This document shows, in pieces, positions 1-11,409 of a stretch of 64,000 nt of DNA; positions within the stretch are counted from its first letter, which is position 1, and each line of letters opens with the position of its first letter. This stretch comes from Octopus sinensis (taxonomy: Eukaryota). The stretch is taken from the NCBI RefSeq assembly GCF_006345805.1, contig NC_043001.1, forward strand, positions 48,360,001 to 48,424,000. The letters are read 5' to 3'. The position numbers and the translations under genes are program-made. The notes beneath the pieces are model-generated. The model ran no database searches. It saw only the letters and a list, made by a program, of their open reading frames with translations, and had not been told where the DNA came from.

Positions 1-880
1 GCTGTTTGAAGATAATTGTGGAAAACAAACCTCATTCGAAGGCTTCTGACATTGAAAAACAGCAAGAAATTAGTCCAAGAACGTGTGTTACATATGAGCA
101 TAAGCTTGTGTATTATGGACGAACAACTAGAAGAAAACCTCTCCTTCAACCAATTAATATCATGAAAGAAATAAATGGGCTGAGGAGATGTCAGAAAAAT
201 CCAGTACATTTGGGGATAGAGTGATTCTTTTCAGATGAATCTAGATTTGCATTATTTTCAAACACGTCAGTGGACGTGTTTGGGTCTGGAGGCTTCCCAA
301 TCAAGAATATGATTTGAAACAACTCCAACCAACTGTGAAACATGGCGGTATCTCTGTAATGGTATGGGGAGATATCACCAGTTCTGAGCTGATCGAATGT
401 GTTGGAACCATAAACTCTGAAAAATACATCGAAATACTTAAGCAAGGACTAAGAAAAATGAGTTTTTATTTATGGAAGATGGGGTTCCATGCCACACAGC
501 GAAAAGGAATCAACAATGGCTAACTGAAAATGGGACCAAAAAGCTACCTTGGCCGAGCCAATGTCCTGACATGAACGCAATTGAAAATCTTTGGAGCATA
601 ATAGATAGAGCTATACGAAAACTCGACAGAAACCTAAATCTAAAGATGAATTGTTTCGATTGTTGCGTGAAAAGTGGGCAGAAATTCCACAACAGACAAT
701 CACAAAGCTCATCAGTTCAATGCCAAAAAGAGTTTCTGAATTAAAAACTGCAAAGGGAATCTCAACTAAATACTAAAGTATGTAGTCCTACCTATCGATT
801 ACATTTCAATTGTTCGCTTTGCGTAATAAATAAAAGATTTTGAAAATTAAAGACGTCTATTTACTTCCTGCACGTCTGTG
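1..880 (+). mobile_element. Tc1-family (DD34E) transposon, 3' part; frameshifted transposase ending GISTKY* at 776, right TIR ending at 880 followed by TA
   Basis: Motifs [23 protein letters not shown] and EDGVPCH...WPSQCPDMNAIENLW, with 34 residues between D and E. The terminus ATTTACTTCCTGCACGTCTGTG|TA resembles the TIR of the element at 24153-25728. Confidence 0.92.
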
Positions 881-919
<39 letters not shown>

Positions 920-1203
920 AGAATGTTGAAAAGGAACACACGAGTTGATATATATGGAAAAAAGTCAAGATAGAAAATGCTAAAATAATTTTATAAAAAA
1001 CATTTCAGTACCGGTTTCAGACATTGAGACTTTTTCAACTGTAAGTATGGAAAACAATTAAATTTGGAAAAATTAAAAGAACAGTTTTTTTTAAAGGAAT
1101 ATTTTGTATAGCGTTCAAATACAAGTGGCATTTCCTCCTTGTTTCCTGCCTATATATATACAACTATATATATATTATATATATATATATATATGTCTCG
1201 AAT

Positions 1204-1245
<42 letters not shown>

Positions 1246-1560
1246 GCCGCTTTTCAACATGTGTCTTATCACCCGAAAGGTAATTATTTTTCCACGCTTG
1301 CTGATATTGTTTTGTGTCTCTCTTTTGTCTCAAAGCCGTAGGGCGCCTGTGTCATCCATGTTTTTAACCGTTACTGTCTCCAAAAAAAGATTTTTCGTTT
1401 CATGTTCGTCTCTGTTGCGTTGCATGCATTCTTTCCTTCTGTGGCTGGCTGATTCAGAGCGGATTTCAGAATTAAACAGCCGAAATCTGCGATGAGGGAT
1501 CAGTTTCTGACTGAAGAATAAGGCTTTGAATGACCCGTTTGTCTTTTTGTTCGTCCCTTC
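920..1560 (-). mobile_element. Possible Penelope-like element remnant (non-coding part) interrupted by (TA)n
   Basis: Carries a degenerate minimal hammerhead-like motif on the minus strand at 1003-1044 (…GAAACCGGTA…). No coding evidence. Confidence 0.35.
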
Positions 1561-1598
1561 GTTACCGTTACGTTATTTATGTTATTTATTATGTAATT

Positions 1599-1660
<62 letters not shown>

Positions 1661-1946
1661 AGAGAGGAGAGAGAGATGGCTGTGTTTATATATATATATA
1701 TACACACACCATGTATGAATGTATGTATGTATCAGATGTTCAAGTAGGTGTATCTGAGCCCACATGTGAGTGCATTTTTCTTATATATCCTGTAATCTAG
1801 CTGTTGAATAAATATAATGGGTAAAAGTAAATTTCAAACTCAATTGGGTAATGCAATTATGTAAATCTTTGAAAGCTGTTGCTCCGACATGGCCACATTG
1901 CACTGACGAAAAACATTGAAATACATACATACATACATGAATGCGT

Positions 1947-1980
<34 letters not shown>

Positions 1981-2285
1981 ATTGATAGATTGTAGATAAA
2001 CAGACAGATAGATATACTTAGATGACCGTGTATGTGTGTATGAGTGCGTGTTTGTATGTATTTGTGTATGTATATATGCATGTGTGTAAATATGTCTGTG
2101 TATGTGTATCTGTCAGTGTGTGTGTCAGTGTGTTTGTGTGTGTGTGTGTGTGTGTTGTGTGTGTGTGTGTGTGTGTGTGTGCATTTGGGTATGTTCGTGT
2201 GCGTAAGATAGAAATCACCATATTTCTAACAAAATCGTATTGGATTGTTAATTTGACTGTAAAGCAGTCAACGTATTGGACGACC

Positions 2286-2299
2286 GTTACCATAGCAAC
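2286..2299. promoter_or_regulatory. RFX X-box-like motif GTTACCATAGCAAC with nearby ATTGG (reverse CCAAT) sites
   Basis: Matches the X-box consensus GTYNCYATRGNAAC. ATTGG occurs at 2239, 2275 and 2317. Motif match only; no downstream gene seen. Confidence 0.3.
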
Positions 2300-2659
2300 G
2301 CGTTTATTAATGAGACATTGGTCGAAATGTCCCCTGGAACTTTCCCTGACGTTGCTGTTGTTATAATTATTACTGTTCATTTTTCTGTTTTAATTGTTCT
2401 CCTCTCTCTTCTCTCTCTCTCTCCTCTCTTACTCCCCTATGTCTGTCCTCCTTTCTCACTCTTTTTCTTTCTCCCTCTTTCTCCCATCTCTCTCTCTTTC
2501 TTTCTCTTTCTCCCTCTCTCTCCCCCTCTCTTTCCTTTTCTATTTCCCTTCTCGCCCGTCTTATTTTCTTTTTTCCTCATCTGTTTTACTTTCTTTCCTC
2601 TCCTGCCTGCCCCCCTCCACTTCTCTAATATTCTTGTAGATGGCTATTGACGTTATGGT

Positions 2660-2900
2660 TTGTTGTGCAGTGATGATGAAAGCAGCAATAGCAGCAGCAG
2701 CAGCAGCGGCGGCGACGGCGGCGGCGGTGGTGGTAGTGGTCGTCGTCGCCGTCGTGGTCGTGGTCATCGCCGTCGTCGTCGTCATCGTTGTCGTGGTGGT
2801 GGTGCTGGTGCTGGTGCTGGTGCTGGTGCTGGTGCTGGTGGTGGTGGTGGTGTTGCTGCTGCTGGTGGTACTGGTGCTGGTGGTAGTGGTAGTGGTAGTT

Positions 2901-2938
<38 letters not shown>

Positions 2939-2975
2939 TGACGTCGTCGTCGTAGAAGTAGTATAAGTAGTAGTA

Positions 2976-3010
<35 letters not shown>
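2660..3010. repeat. Compound trinucleotide microsatellite (GCA/GGC/GTC/GGT/GTA)n
   Basis: Directly visible; the source of the poly-V, poly-R and poly-H ORFs. Confidence 0.95.
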
Positions 3011-3011
<1 letters not shown>

Positions 3012-3509
3012 AGTCTTCCTGGTTATTACTGCTATTCTTAACACTTAGCCGCTAGCCAACCATGTTCAAGCAGTCCTATGATCAAACGCGTTCCCGCCAG
3101 GACAATCCCGCCAAATGCACAATCCGAGCCTAAATTATCTAACATCTAGCTTCTTTTTTTAAAGACATTATGATGTAATTTGGGGGCGATATGGTTGCCA
3201 TTTATAGGATTTCGTGCTACCACGTAGAAGGACCCTCTATTGATCGTTGTTTATGGTTAGCCTAGGTCAGTAAGCATCATTGTGCAGATATATTATCTAA
3301 GACATTCCAGCCGTGACTGTCACTTCTTTTTCTGTTGTAAGTGGATCCCGTACTGCGTTATTTAGCGCGTGCTGTGCCAAGGTGGGAGCATGGGACCTAA
3401 TGGCGACACGACAGCTATTTCTAGTAAAATGAGAGTCCACTTAGAGATTTCCAACCGTTTTCTCGTGCTGCTGTTGTCGAAGACGGAGATGACATTAAAG
3501 TTGCAGCGG

Positions 3510-3701
3510 ATGATAATGATAACGGTGGTGGTGGTGGTGGTGGCGGCGGTGGTGGTGCTGGTGGTGCTGGTGGTGGTTGTCGTCTCCTCATCGTCCTCGT
3601 CGTTGAGGTGGTGATGGTGACGATGATGTTGATGATAGCGTTGCGGTGATGATGATGATGATGAGGAGGAGGATGACAACGATGACGACGACGCGGAGAC
3701 A

Positions 3702-3743
<42 letters not shown>

Positions 3744-3790
3744 CAGTAACTAATTAAGGCAACAGTTGTTGTTGCTGTTGTTGTCGTTAT
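3510..3790. repeat. (GGT)n/(GAT)n/(GTT)n low-complexity tract
   Basis: Directly visible. Confidence 0.9.
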
Positions 3791-4289
3791 TCTTTTGTCC
3801 CAGACCAACACCGGTCGAGCTGACCTATGTTTCTACCGTGACCTTCTCGCCTTTATTTCCTTTTCCTTTTTCTTTCAATAATTCCAAACACAAACTAGTC
3901 TGCGAAATAAGGGGGAGCTAGGTACAATTTTTAGCAGGTTGTATGACAATGTAGCGGCTCCCTTTTAGACCACATTGCCCTTATCCATGTTGCTGATGAA
4001 GTTATTTATTTTATTAATGTCACTGCTGCTATTGTGTTGCTTTCGTAGTTAATTGTAATGTAGAGGCCGAAATAAAATCTGACAGCATTCAAAGCATCCA
4101 AGCCGTAAACACCCCGTCATTTGGCTTTTCTTATCCAGTTTGTCCTCCTTCAACACCATTGGGTGTGAGTTGAGAGTAATTTGGCTACTATATCTAGCAG
4201 GAATAGTGATAGCTTTAGAGGCTTCTTCCCCCGTATTTCCCTCGGTGTTGTTACTGTAACAACTTCTGCTATCCCAGATGTTGCTGGTG

Positions 4290-4620
4290 GTGGAGAGTGG
4301 AGTGGTGGTGGTGGTGGTGGTGGTGGTGGCGGCGGTGGTGGCGGTGGTGGTGGTGGTGGTGGTGGTGGTGGTGGTGGTGGTGGTGGGGTTGTGTGGTGGT
4401 GGAGGGTGGAGTGATGGTGGTGGATGGTGGAGGGTGGAGTGATGGTGGTGGTGGTGGTGGTGGTGTGGAGGGTGGAGTGATGGTGGTGGTGGTGGTGGTG
4501 GTGGTGGCGGTGGTGGTGGTGGTGGCGGTGGTGGCGGTGTGGCGGTGGTGGTGGTGGTGGAGGGTGGAGTGATGGTGGTGGTAGTGGAAGAGGGGTGTTG
4601 GTAGTGGTGGTAGTGGTGGT
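4290..4620. repeat. (GGT)n microsatellite, G-rich
   Basis: Directly visible. Confidence 0.95.
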
Positions 4621-4988
4621 GTTGCGGTAACTGCTGAAGTTATGTACTGCAATTGTTGCTGCTGTTGTTTCTGATGCAGTTGTGTACGCTGCCGTTGCTT
4701 GTATTGCAGCTACCTTCAAATTCTTCTGTCGCTGCATCTGCTAATGTTGCAGCAACTGCTGACGTTGCAGCAACTGTTATTGCTACCGTGAATGTTGATG
4801 CTGTTGTTTCTGTTGCTAACTGCTGCTACTGCTGCTGCTGCTGCTACTGTAATTGTTGTTGTTGTTGTTGTTGTTGTTGGTGGTGTGGTGGTGGTGGTGG
4901 TGGTGGCATTGTTGCTATTATTACAGTAATTGTCGACGGCGAATGATTGGTAGAATTGGTAGAGTGTCCGAATAGCTTGATAAATTTA

Positions 4989-6626
4989 CCTTCAGGTATT
5001 CTATCCAGCTCTTTCTGTTCTGAGTTCAAATTCTGTCCAGGTTAACGAGATCGATAAAATAAAGTACAAGCCAAATATTGAGTCGATATAATCGAGGAAC
5101 TCGCCCATTCCCCCAGATTTTAGACCCAGTACATATTATCACCTTCAGGTATTCCATCCAGCTCTTTCTGTTCTGAGTTCAAATTTTCTCCAGGTTAACG
5201 AGATCGATAAAATAAAGTACCAGGCAAATATTGAGTCGACATAATCGAGGAACTCGCCCATTTCCCCAGATTTTAGACCCAGTACATATTATTACCTTCA
5301 GGTATTCTATCCAGCTCTTTCTGTTCTGAGTTCAAATTTTCTCCAGGTTAACGAGATCGATAAAATAAAGTATCAGGCAAATATTGAGTCGATATGATCG
5401 AGGAACTCGCCCATTTCCCCAGATTTTAGACCCAGTACATATTATCACCTTCAGGTATTCCATCCAGCTCTTTCTGTTCTGAGTTCAAATTTTCTCCAGG
5501 TTAACGAAATCGATAAAATAAAGTACCAGCCAAATATTGAGTCAATATAATCGAGGAACTCGCCTATAGCCCCAGACTTTAGACCCAGTACATATTATTA
5601 CCTTCAGGTAATCCATCCAGCTCTTTCTGTTCTGAGTTCAAATTCTGTCCAGGTTAACGAAATCGATAAAATAAAGTACCAGGCAAATATTGAGTCGACA
5701 TAATCGAGGAACTCGCCTATAGCCCCAGACTTTAGATCCGGTACATATTATTACCTTCAGGTAATCCATCCAGCTCTTTCTGTTCTGAGTTCAAATTCTG
5801 TCCAGGTTAAAGAGATCGATAAAATAAAGTACCAGCCAAATATTGAGTCGATATATTCGAGGAACTCATCCATTCCCCCAGATTTTAGACCCAGTACATA
5901 TTATTACCTTCAGGTAATCCATCCAGCTCTTTCTGTTCTGAGTTCAAATTCTGTCCAGGTTAATGAAATCGATAAAATAAAGTACCAGGCACATATTGAG
6001 TCGACATAATCGAGGAACTCGCCTATAGCCCCAGACTTTAGATCCGGTACATATTATTACCTTCAGGTAATCCATCCAGCTCTTTCTGTTCTGAGTTCAA
6101 ATTCTGTCCAGGTTAAAGAGATCGATAAAATAAAGTACCAGCCAAATATTGAGTCGATATATTCGAGGAACTCATCCATTCCCCCAGATTTTAGACCCAG
6201 TACATATTATTACCTTCAGGTAATCCATCCAGCTCTTTCTGTTCTGAGTTCAAATTCTGTCCAGGTTAACGAAATCGATAAAATAAAGTACCAGGCAAAT
6301 ATTGAGTCGACATAATCGAGGAACTCGCCTATAGCCCCAGACTTTAGATCCGGTACATATTATTACCTTCAGGTAATCCATCCAGCTCTTTCTGTTCTGA
6401 GTTCAAATTCTGTCCAGGTTAACGAAATCGATAAAATAAAGTACCAGGCAAATATTGAGTCGACATAATCGAGGAACTCGCCTATAGCCCCAAACTTTAG
6501 ATCCGGTACATATTATTACCTTCAGGTAATCCATCCAGCTCTTCCTGTTCTGAGTTCAAATTCTGTCCAGGTTATAATCGAGGAACTCGCCCATTCCCCC
6601 AGACTTTAGATCCGGTATATATTATG
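4989..6626 (+). repeat. Tandem satellite with a 153-bp unit: 10 full units plus one internally deleted unit, SINE-derived
   Basis: CCTTCAGGT recurs at 4989, 5142, 5295, 5448, 5601, 5754, 5907, 6060, 6213, 6366 and 6519 (exact 153 spacing). The unit contains the SINE1 B-box-like TTCTGAGTTCAAATT and the GATAAAATAAAGTACCAG…GTCGA…ATCGA core. Confidence 0.95.
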
Positions 6627-6842
6627 AATGACAGCGGATTGGGAAAAATCGTTGGCACATCAAAGAAAATGCTTTGCAGTATTTCCTGTGATTCTTTCAT
6701 TTCTGAATTTAAATCCTGCCAATTTTAACTTTGCATTCCATCCTTTGGGGATTAACAAAACAAAACAGAAGTCAAAGTATTGGGGTTTAGGAAATCGATT
6801 ATTCTTCCACATCCCAAATTACTAGCATTATTATCTCAATTA

Positions 6843-7255
6843 AAGGCGGCAAACTGGCAAAATCGCTAACACGCTGGACGAAATGCTTAGTGGTATTTTA
6901 CCCGTCGCTGTGTTCATGAGTTCAAATTCCCCCGAGATCAACTTTGCTTTCCATCATTTTGGGGTCGATTAAATAAGTACCAGTTACGCACTGGGGTCAA
7001 TATAATCAACTTAATCCGTTCGTCTGTCCTTGTTTGTCCTCTCTGTATTTAGCCACTTGTGGGTAGTAAAAAAAAAAGGTATTTTACCCGTCGCTGTTCA
7101 TGAGTTCAAATTCTCCCGAGATCAACTTTGCTTTTCATCCTTTCGGGGTCGATAAATTAAGTACCAGTCGAGTACTGGGGTCGATGTGATCGACGACGCC
7201 CCGCCCCCTCCCCACAAATTGCAGGCTGTGTACCTATAGTAGAAAGGATTATTAT
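6843..7255 (+). mobile_element. tRNA-derived SINE1a with a SINE1b tail module nested at its GGTATTT site
   Basis: Head AAGGCGGCAAACTGGCAAAATCG (A-box-like) and GAGTTCAAATTC (B-box). The 1b tail …GTGGGTAGTAAAAAAAAAA is followed by GGTATTTT at 7078. The 1a tail is …CTATAGTAGAAAGGATTATTAT. Confidence 0.85.
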
Positions 7256-7265
7256 CTGAATTAGA

Positions 7266-7476
7266 AAGGCGGCAAGCTGGCAGAATCGTGACCACAGCTT
7301 GCGAAATGCTTAGCGGCATTTCGTCCGTCTATACGTCTTGAGTTCAAATTCCGTCGAGGTCGACTTTCATCCTTTCGGATCGATAAAATAAGTACCAGTT
7401 CAGTACTGAGGTCGATGTAATCGACTTAATCCCTTCCCGCAAATTTCAGGCCGTGTATCTACAGCAGAAAGGATTA
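7266..7476 (+). mobile_element. tRNA-derived SINE1a, tandem to the previous copy
   Basis: AAGGCGGCAAGCTGGCAGAATCG…GAGTTCAAATTCC…CTGAGGTCGATGTAATCGAC…AGAAAGGATTA. Confidence 0.85.
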
Positions 7477-7991
7477 GTTTCTGAATTAAAGATAGTTTGT
7501 TTTCTTTCACGTACTATTCGATAGCAGTAGATTGGCTAAAAAAATCTTTAGATCGTTTAACAAAATACCTTCAAGGGTTTCTTCTGGTTCTTCATGTTCT
7601 GATTTCAAATACCACGAAGACGAATTCGGTTTTGGAACCTCTGAGGGTAATAAAATGAAGTACCTATAGAAGAAACGATTATTTGGTTGTTTCTTTAACC
7701 CCAGGTCAACGCTGAACAATGTGTTTTAAGGTCTGAAGCACTCTCGGCATCAGGATGATATGTATATATATATATATGTGTGTGTGTGTGTAATATATAT
7801 ATATATATATATATGTAATATATATATACATATATACTTTATATATATATATTATATATATATATATAATATATATATATATTATAAAGAGAGTACAGTA
7901 TGAATGGGAGACAACTTGACTATTATTTCTACTGTGTCTAGTGACCGCGCATGATTCTCTGGTACCGCTGCTGCTGCTGTTGTTGTTGCCC

Positions 7992-8033
<42 letters not shown>

Positions 8034-8336
8034 ATGATTATGATGATGATGATGATGATGTCGTTTTGACCCAGGTCAACTACATAAGATCAGGCAGATC
8101 AGATCTATGAACAAAATATTAGCGCACTGACCATCCTCTCATACCTCGGACACAAAAGGATCCAGGAACACATTTGATTTGCATATCACTTATAACAAAG
8201 TATTATTGTATTGTTTGACGGGTATTTGGCTGCTCTTCCTTGCAGAACATGTGACCTTATAGAAGCTTCATTCTGCGGCTCCTGTAGCTGATGTTACTGC
8301 AGTTCTAACTGTTCTGTTGTAATTGTTTAAGTATTA

Positions 8337-8552
8337 AACGGCGAGCTGGCAGAATCGTTAGCACACCGGACAGTGGTGTTTCGTTAGACGTTACGTTTTG
8401 AGTTCCAATTCTGCCGGAGTTGACTTTACCTTTCATTCTTTTGGGGTCGAAGAAATAAGTACTTCTTGAGCAGTGAGACCAACGTCATCGACTAACACCC
8501 CCACCCCCAAAAAATTCCAGGTATTATGTCTACAGGAGAAAGCAGTATTCTT
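8337..8552 (+). mobile_element. SINE1a, diverged
   Basis: GGCGAGCTGGCAGAATCGTTAGCAC head, GAGTTCCAATTC B-box remnant. Confidence 0.75.
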
Positions 8553-9134
8553 TAAGTATACTCTGTTTCTGGTTTCAGTCACTGAATTATTGGCATGCTG
8601 AGGCAACACCTACAGTAGATAATAGATCTAACTGATCTTATTGACCGTTGTACGTATTCCAGTCTGGTACTAAGTGTATCGATCTCCGTTTTCTGTATTT
8701 GAGTAAACAGGAACACAATTTTTTCATATTGATAAACGTAAGTACTAACTCTGACACGGACGCAAATACAAAATGCACGTATTTGTGTATGTACACACAC
8801 ACACACACATACACATTTACACCCGCACACACACATATGTGTGTGTGAATAAATGTGTGTGTGTGTGTTTGTTTGTATGTGTGTTTACCTAGTACATGTC
8901 TAAATTTTTATGAAAAAGCAATGTATCTAGGTTAGAAACCGGTTCTTTCTCCTTTAGGGAGAAATTTGAAAAATAAAACCAGAAAATAGATATATAAATA
9001 TGTGCATAAATATACAATACGAACACTCTGTGTGTGTATAACTGTGTGTGTGTGCGCGCATATACACATATATGCATGTATGTATGCATGTGCATATATA
9101 TCTATATATATATATAGATATATATATACATATA

Positions 9135-9526
9135 TATACGAGCAAAACGCCCCCCCCCCCGTCCAATGAACGGTGCTGAGTTGTCAAACATTTACACCAA
9201 ATTTTCTCAAGACAACTTGTCCGACCGTCCCATAGGCATCCCCTTTGAGAAACACTGATTTAACCTAAATTTCAGACACCAGCAAAAAAATAGTAAAGAT
9301 AGACTTTTTTCTATTCCAAGAAAAACGATTTTACAAATGCACGTTCCCACGGCATTATCGATCGCATTCACACCTGGAATCGATTTTTGTAATTTTTTCA
9401 AGACTTATACACGCCCTGATACAGTCGGTATCTACCATATCAAATTTGAGCGCAATCGAATGGAGGATGCCCGATATCCTAGAAGACACACACGCAGACA
9501 GACAGAACGGCTTTTATATAATAGAT
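9135..9526 (+). mobile_element. HINE/DINE-1-like (Helentron-associated) non-autonomous element
   Basis: 3' part AAATTTGAGCGCAATCG…ACAGACAGACAGAACGGCTTTTATATAATAGAT has the general architecture of this class. The call is by resemblance. Confidence 0.55.
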
Positions 9527-10126
9527 ATATATACACACTTACACACACACGCACACACATACACGCACACACACACACACACACACACATACATACATGG
9601 ACATATACATGCATGCATACATACCTGTGAACTGTGCTTACATTACCAGGAAGTGTGGCTTCTTTTGAAGTCACGATCACCGCTATATCACACCACATTT
9701 CGAAGCTTATCATATTGCAATCTAAAATCAGGAGATAACTACACAATACCTAATAAACAAAAGAGACACTTAAATTCCTAACCCTCAAAATTCGTCCTAA
9801 AATGTCAATTATTTAACATTTCTGTAGAAAATATTAAATTATTGCCCTTGTGATCAGCAGCCGCTTAAAACTATTTCTTTTCTTTTTTTCTTTTTTTCTA
9901 TACGCTTCTTGCCCTTTGCTTTGTAAATAATTATTTTTGTTTCATGTTTATATGCGCGTTTCGTTGCTTGGATTTGTTTTTATTTGGCTGTCTGCAACAG
10001 ATGGTGTGTCTTTAGAATATTTAGACTGTAAACATTGAATTGAAATATAAACAAATAAAATGCAATCACCAATTTTTTGCTCAATAAGGATTAATGGGTT
10101 TGAGAACAGGTCAGTTGGTGAACTGA

Positions 10127-10203
10127 GATATTGGTAGATTTGTGAATTGGCTAATTGGTAGATTGGTGGAATGGTAGATTGGTGGATTGGTGGATTGGTA
10201 GAC
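10127..10203. repeat. Degenerate 9-bp minisatellite (ATTGGT[A/G]GA)
   Basis: Directly visible. Confidence 0.7.
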
Positions 10204-10403
10204 TAGGGAAGTATGCAACCTAGTCCGATAGTTCCTTCAATAACGACGTTGAGGGCGACAATAACAATCATTAGTAACGATGTGTACGGCGTTCGTGATG
10301 ATGGTATGAAGTTGTTGATAACGAGGAGGAGGGGGGGAGGAGGAGGAGAGCGACGACGCCGACGACGATAATAATGATGACGTAGATGGTATTGAGGAGG
10401 AAA

Positions 10404-10595
10404 TGCTTAGCGGTATTTCGTCTGCCGTTACGTTGTGGGTTCAAATTCCGCCGAGGTCGACTTTGCCTTTCATCCTTTCGGGGTCGATAAATTAAGTACC
10501 AGTTACGCACTGGGGTCGATGTAATCGACTTAATACCTATGTCTGTCCTTGTTTGTCCCCTCTGTGTTTAGCCCCTTGTGGGTAATAAAGAAAAA
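10404..10595 (+). mobile_element. SINE1b (Tx1-type tail), 5'-truncated, with 16-bp target-site duplication
   Basis: TSD GGTATTGAGGAGGAAA at 10388-10403 and 10596-10611. Tail GTCTGTCCTTGTTTGTCCCCTCTGTGTTTAGCCCCTTGTGGGTAATAAAGAAAAA. Confidence 0.92.
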
Positions 10596-11409
10596 GGTAT
10601 TGAGGAGGAAAAGGTTGGTGGTGATCTTAGTAATCGTGGGGTGGGGTCGTTGTGATGGTCTTGGGGATAGTGGTGGTGGTGGTTGTGGTGATATTTGCTG
10701 AGGAGACAAAGGCGTTAACAATTCCTATTTTCTGTGAATATTGACGTTTCATCGGTACATTTTCATTACATCTGTCAAGAAAAAATAAAATTATTGATTT
10801 TCACTTTAGCTGTGACACACTATATGACTCCAGTTAAAGTGACTGCTACTTATTGAGGATGCTGTGGCAACTATGCTGCGACACAAAATAAAAAAGTGAT
10901 TGCAAGGATAGTTTAATGAGAGAAGGTGTTAAAAATAAACTGTGTCAGAATGAAAACAAAAAAACTGAATATAGGCTCTGTTAGCTCGATAAATCCACTG
11001 CGATTGAGAAGTGTCAAACTGCAAGGACAAACGTGGCTTCCATGAGCTTCATTGACGCCATTCCTCATTGGTTGACATATGTATAGTTCCGCGGTTTTAG
11101 CAGAAGAGAGATGAAAAGATTGATTTCACGTATCTACTACCGCCAAAAAATACAATGAAAACACAGTCGGCAGCGTACATCATCACACAAACTCACACAA
11201 ATACACAGACGCATACGCACAAATACAAACACACACACACACACACACACACAACATATATATATATATTATATAATATATATTATATATTATGCATTCA
11301 TACACATAGTGTATGTATTTATGTGTGTGTATGTGTGTGCGTGTGTGTGTGTGTGATGTGTGTATGTGTGTGTGAGTGTGTGTGTGTGCGTGTGTGTGTG
11401 TGTTTATGA

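Noticed and set aside
2625-4946. Poly-His/Pro/Gly/Val ORFs suggesting a low-complexity protein
   Set aside because: They are open in several frames on both strands because of trinucleotide repeats. No domain motifs or splice-supported structure.
4989-6626. CRISPR array or coding tandem repeat (153 = 51 codons)
   Set aside because: There is no repeat/unique-spacer alternation, no cas genes, and the context is eukaryotic. The ORF track shows no ORF spanning the array.
8905-8950. …TGAAAA…GAAACCGGTT as a hammerhead relic
   Set aside because: It has the GAAACCGG element, but stems I and II do not pair.
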